Source of the DNA: Bacteroidota bacterium
GTDB taxonomy: Bacteria; Bacteroidota; Bacteroidia; B-17B0; Aurantibacillaceae
Assembly: GCA_963169295.1 (NCBI GenBank)
Contig: CAUJDD010000104.1
Span: forward strand, 1,085 to 65,084
Length of the DNA stretch: 64,000 nucleotides
Direction of reading: 5' to 3'
Program-made: the position numbers and the translations under genes
Notes under the pieces: model-generated
Seen by the model: only the letters and a program-made list of their open reading frames with translations
Told to the model about the DNA's origin: nothing
Databases searched by the model: none
Shown: positions 60,310 through 64,000 of the stretch, piece by piece
How the letters are laid out: each line of letters opens with the position of its first letter
Position numbering within the stretch: position 1 is the stretch's first letter

Positions 60310-61302
60310 ATGAAAACTTCTCGAAGAAATTTTTTAAAAATATCCGCCATAACAACATCATTATTGGCAGTTAATAAAAGTAAAGCTACTCAAATAGTAC
60401 TTAACCATTCAAATACCAGCACTCAACCCATTGTGCTTTCTACTTGGCGGTTTGGTGTTGAGGCTAATGCAGAGGCTTGGAAAACCTTAACTAACAAAGG
60501 AAGAGCTTTAGATGCCGTAGAAGCAGGTGTTAAAGTTACTGAGGCTAATCCAAAAGAACGAAGTGTAGGGTATGGTGGTAGGCCAGATCGAGATGGACGA
60601 GTAACACTTGATGCTTGTATCATGGATGAGTTTTCTAATATTGGTTCGGTAGCTTGTTTAGAAAACATCAAACATCCTATTTCGGTGGCTAGAGCCGTAA
60701 TGGAAAAAACGCCACACGTGATGTTGGTGGGTGATGGAGCTTTTGATTTTGCTATTTCTCAAGGGTTTCCAAAAGAAAATTTATTAGTGAAAGAATCGGA
60801 AGAGGAATGGAAGGCTTGGTTAAAAAAATCGGAATATAAACCAAAAGCAAATATCGAGAACCATGATACAATTGGTATGATTGCACTTGATATGCGTGGG
60901 AATTTATCAGGTGCCTGTACCACCAGTGGTTTAGCATTTAAAATGCATGGTCGCGTGGGAGATTCACCCATTATTGGGGCGGGTTTGTTTGTAGATAATG
61001 AAGTAGGAGCTGCAACAGCTACAGGACACGGCGAAGAAGTTATTCGAATTGCGGGAAGTCACACTGTTGTTGAGTTAATGCGACAGGGATTACACCCAGA
61101 AGAGGCTTGTAAAAAAGCAGTTGAGCGTATTGTAAATAGCGCCAAGATGCGTAACAAACCACTGTCTGATTTACAAATAGGATTTATTGCAATTAATAAA
61201 AAAGGAGAACACGGTGCGTATTGTTTACAAAGTGGTTTTAATTATGCGGTATATTCTCCTGAAATAAACAATCAGCTTATTGATGCCAAACACATCTTAT
61301 AA
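60310..61302 (+). CDS. N4-(beta-N-acetylglucosaminyl)-L-asparaginase (glycosylasparaginase, Ntn hydrolase)
   Basis: Has a Tat-like signal MKTSRRNFLKISA. The autoprocessing/nucleophile motif is HDTIGMIALD, followed by GDSPIIGAG. The ATG at 60310, 2 nt after the GH20 stop, is preferred over the track start at 60286. Confidence 0.87.
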   Translation: MKTSRRNFLKISAITTSLLAVNKSKATQIVLNHSNTSTQPIVLSTWRFGVEANAEAWKTLTNKGRALDAVEAGVKVTEANPKERSVGYGGRPDRDGRVTLDACIMDEFSNIGSVACLENIKHPISVARAVMEKTPHVMLVGDGAFDFAISQGFPKENLLVKESEEEWKAWLKKSEYKPKANIENHDTIGMIALDMRGNLSGACTTSGLAFKMHGRVGDSPIIGAGLFVDNEVGAATATGHGEEVIRIAGSHTVVELMRQGLHPEEACKKAVERIVNSAKMRNKPLSDLQIGFIAINKKGEHGAYCLQSGFNYAVYSPEINNQLIDAKHIL

Positions 61303-61978
61303 ATACAGTTTAGAAATTGCTTGTTTTAATTTAGAATCGTGTGTTATTGCACAAGACGCAGGAGCTGATAGAATTGAACTTTGTCAGCAATATGCATTAG
61401 GTGGATTAACACCAACTTATGATGATATAATAAAAGCTCGAGCGCTCATTAAAATTCCTTTACACGTTATTATTCGTCCTCATGCTCATGGATTTGTGTA
61501 TTCATCACAAGAGATTATACAAATGCAAAAAGATATTTTGTTTTGTAAACAACAACAAATAGATGGTGTTGTATTTGGTGCATTAAACGCAAATCATCAT
61601 GTTGATATTGATAAAAATAAAGCATTATTATCCGTGTGTGATAAAATGAGTTCTACTTTTCATCGAGCGGTTGATGGTTGTCATCAAATACCTCAGGCTA
61701 TTGAAAGCCTTATATCATTAGGGTTTCAAAAAGTGCTTACATCAGGTGGAAAACAAACAGCTTTAGAGGGTAAAGAACAAATAAAAATGCTGCAACAACA
61801 ATTTGGAAAATATATCCAAATTATGCCAGGCGGTTCAATTAGAAGTAATCACATCAAAGAGCTACAAGAAGCTACTCATTGTAACGAATTTCATTCAGCA
61901 GCTTTATTAGATAACCCAACTTTTACTAATCAACAAGAAGTAACACAACTTAAACAACAATTGTTAAGTCATGCTTAA
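61283..61978 (+). CDS. cutC: CutC-family TIM-barrel protein (annotated as copper homeostasis protein)
   Basis: LEIACFNLESCVIAQDAGADRIELC, HVIIRPH, FHRAVD and VLTSGG are typical CutC blocks. The ATG at 61283 is preferred over the TTG at 61280. Confidence 0.85.
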   Translation: MPNTSYKYSLEIACFNLESCVIAQDAGADRIELCQQYALGGLTPTYDDIIKARALIKIPLHVIIRPHAHGFVYSSQEIIQMQKDILFCKQQQIDGVVFGALNANHHVDIDKNKALLSVCDKMSSTFHRAVDGCHQIPQAIESLISLGFQKVLTSGGKQTALEGKEQIKMLQQQFGKYIQIMPGGSIRSNHIKELQEATHCNEFHSAALLDNPTFTNQQEVTQLKQQLLSHA

Positions 61979-64000
61979 ATATTACTTTATACTTTGTTAT
62001 TTAGTAGGTCAATTTTTGGTGGCCCAAACGCTTACTCGGATTCCACTTCATACAAATTGGAAATTTAAACAAGTAGGCACATCGGTATTATATCCCGCAA
62101 GCATTCCAGGTACTGTTCACACAGATTTATTAAACAATCATATCATTCCTAATCCAATTTATAACCTTAATGAATCGAAGGTGCAATGGATTGAAACAAA
62201 AGACTGGGAATATGTTTGTCGTTTCTCATTAAGCGCACAACAAAAATCAACCCAACACATTCAATTAGTTTTTGAAGGATTAGACACGTATGCTCAAGTA
62301 TATATCAATGATACTTTAATATTAATGAATGATAACATGTTTCAAACTCATCATATTAATATTAAACCTTATTTAAGAAACGACACAAACGAATTAAAAA
62401 TTATTTTCATGTCGTCAGTTCAAAAAGGTAAAGAAGAAGCTAAGAAATTACCTTATACATTACCCGAAAAAGAACGCGTTTTTACTCGTAAAGCACAGTA
62501 TCAATACGGTTGGGATTGGGGGCCAAGATTAGTTACTTGTGGTATTTATAAAAATGTATTTCTCGAATTTTGGGATCATGCTAAAATTAACGATGTGCAT
62601 TATAAGATTCAATCGCTTACAGATAGCCTAGCTGAAATAGCGGTTATTACCGAAATAGAAAGTCATCAAAAACAATCTTATAATATTGAGGTTTTGATAA
62701 ACAATGCTTCTATACCTGAAAAATATAAACAAACCATAAAACATCAACACACCATAAAATTACGTCAAGGCATTACTATTGATACTTTTTTAATTAAAAT
62801 ACCACAACCTCAATTATGGAATTGTAATGGGCAAGGCCCTCCTAATTATTATGAATGTTATGTGGGGATATTAAATCAGAACTCAACCCACGATTATAAA
62901 CTTTTTAATATGGCGCTTAGAAAGATTGAGTTTATTAAAGAATCAGATTTTTTTGGTGAAAGTTTTTATTTTAAAATAAATGGGAAAAAAACATTTATGA
63001 AAGGCGCTAACATCATACCGCTCGACAATTTTATGTCGAAAAAAATAGATTATCACGCTTTAGTAAAACAAGCCAAAGAGGCCAACATCAATATGTTGAG
63101 AGTGTGGGGAGGCGGCCTTTATTTAGATGATGAATTTTATACCGCATGTGACCTTAATGGTATTTTGGTGTGGCAAGATTTTATGTTTGCTTGTGCTATG
63201 TTTCCTGGCGATAGCTTGTTTTTAAAAAGTGTAAGTATTGAAGCCGAACAACAAATAAAACGTTTGCGTAACCACCCATGTTTGGCTTTATGGTGTGGTA
63301 ATAACGAAAACGACGAGGCTTGGAATAATTGGGGTTGGCAAAAACAATTTAAGTACTCTAAACAAGACTCGGCTAAAATATGGTGTGATTATCAAAAAAT
63401 ATTTTATGATATATTACCTAGTGCTGTAAAAAAACACGATGGCGTTACTTCATATATTAGCTCATCACCCATGATTGGCTGGGGAAGAAAAGAAAGTTTA
63501 GTAAAAGGCGATTCGCATTATTGGGGTGTGTGGTGGGGCATGGAACCATTTGAAGTTTATAATACAAAAGTAGGGCGTTTTATGAGTGAGTACGGTTTTC
63601 AGAGTATGCCTAGTTACTTTACATTAAAAAATTATGGAGATACTTTAAGTTTAAACTCAGCATATATTAAAGCGCACCAAAAACACCCAACAGGATTTCA
63701 AACTATTAATGCGTATTTAAAAAATGATTATATAATTCCGAATAGCTTTTTTAATTATGTGTATGTATCTCAGTTATTACAGCGTGACGGCATAAGAACG
63801 GCTATTGAAGCACACCGAAGATTTAAACCTTATTGTATGGGTACACTTTATTGGCAGTTTAACGATTGTTGGCCAGTTACTTCATGGAGCGCCATTGATT
63901 ATGATAATGTACCAAAGGCTTTATACTTTGCTACTAAAAAACTATATCAAAATGTGATAATTAGCATCACGCCTCAACATCAAAATTTTGTGATTTATTT
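61971..64000 (+). CDS. GH2 beta-mannosidase, 3'-truncated by the window end
   Basis: This ORF is not in the supplied track because it runs off the window. My own translation from the ATG at 61971 gives MLKYYFILCYLVGQFLVAQ... (signal peptide), then WKFKQ...IPGTVHTDLL, FEGLDTYAQVYIND, RKAQYQYGWDWGPRL and WGGGLY..., which are typical of beta-mannosidase. The start overlaps the cutC stop. Confidence 0.85.
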   Translation, partial: MLKYYFILCYLVGQFLVAQTLTRIPLHTNWKFKQVGTSVLYPASIPGTVHTDLLNNHIIPNPIYNLNESKVQWIETKDWEYVCRFSLSAQQKSTQHIQLVFEGLDTYAQVYINDTLILMNDNMFQTHHINIKPYLRNDTNELKIIFMSSVQKGKEEAKKLPYTLPEKERVFTRKAQYQYGWDWGPRLVTCGIYKNVFLEFWDHAKINDVHYKIQSLTDSLAEIAVITEIESHQKQSYNIEVLINNASIPEKYKQTIKHQHTIKLRQGITIDTFLIKIPQPQLWNCNGQGPPNYYECYVGILNQNSTHDYKLFNMALRKIEFIKESDFFGESFYFKINGKKTFMKGANIIPLDNFMSKKIDYHALVKQAKEANINMLRVWGGGLYLDDEFYTACDLNGILVWQDFMFACAMFPGDSLFLKSVSIEAEQQIKRLRNHPCLALWCGNNENDEAWNNWGWQKQFKYSKQDSAKIWCDYQKIFYDILPSAVKKHDGVTSYISSSPMIGWGRKESLVKGDSHYWGVWWGMEPFEVYNTKVGRFMSEYGFQSMPSYFTLKNYGDTLSLNSAYIKAHQKHPTGFQTINAYLKNDYIIPNSFFNYVYVSQLLQRDGIRTAIEAHRRFKPYCMGTLYWQFNDCWPVTSWSAIDYDNVPKALYFATKKLYQNVIISITPQHQNFVIY

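Noticed and set aside
7728-61000. The remaining short ORFs from the track that lie within or antisense to annotated genes
   Set aside because: The same reasoning applies to all of them. Each is nested in a strongly supported gene and none carries a recognisable domain or has its own intergenic context.
- 7728-7931, 9016-9222, 9449-9661, 9680-9955
- 12132-12398, 12286-12495, 13345-13584, 14252-14440, 15763-15954
- 18428-18637, 18730-18924, 19553-19798
- 20723-20914, 21738-21984, 22402-22710, 25139-25345, 27784-27981
- 30018-30209, 31269-31493, 31911-32111, 32387-32740, 39649-39858
- 40861-41136, 43935-44147, 48557-48868, 49915-50115
- 51922-52107, 56583-56801, 57115-57342, 58611-58832
- 60423-60671, 60752-60971
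1-64000. Search for tRNA, rRNA, CRISPR arrays, transposases, integrases or phage modules
   Set aside because: None of the intergenic regions showed tRNA-like T-arm motifs (GGTTCGAATCC-type) or regularly spaced direct repeats. No ORF has transposase, integrase or phage hallmarks. This was an inspection by eye only, so small ncRNAs could have been missed.

Overview
This is an AT-rich chromosomal segment from a member of Bacteroidota, probably Flavobacteriia-like. Four predicted secreted proteins carry T9SS C-terminal sorting domains (three type A, one type B), there are no Shine-Dalgarno-rich leaders, and gene families typical of the phylum are present. All family assignments come from reading motifs in the supplied translations; no database search was run.

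Most of the window is core or housekeeping:
- uppP
- gmd-fcl with a WecA-like transferase flanked by two paralogous RemB/Wzi-like outer-membrane proteins
- leuS, hutU, rluD, ruvC and an ftsX-like gene
- an nrdB-nrdA class I ribonucleotide reductase preceded by a compact cobalamin riboswitch
- two orphan histidine kinases
- a propeller/Y_Y_Y sensor fused to a PP2C/SpoIIE phosphatase
- a 1443-aa T9SS type-B adhesin
- an N-glycan-core catabolic cluster: MFS transporter, GH20, glycosylasparaginase, cutC and GH2 beta-mannosidase, the last truncated at the window end

The stand-out is an even more AT-rich (by eye) accessory island at about 25.7-33.8 kb. It holds a decayed LytTR regulator remnant and a divergent XRE regulator. 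These are followed by a tightly coupled seven-gene operon encoding:
- a 72-aa double-glycine-leader precursor peptide, followed by a strong hairpin
- a secreted DUF6624-like protein
- an ATP-grasp peptide maturase
- a 68-aa unknown ORF
- a SPASM-type protein that lacks the radical-SAM CxxxCxxC motif
- a C39-peptidase ABC exporter
- a HlyD-type adaptor

This looks like a grasp-with-SPASM type RiPP (graspetide-like) system. As far as I know, its product and chemistry have not been characterised.

I recognised no rRNA, tRNA, CRISPR array, transposase or integrase.
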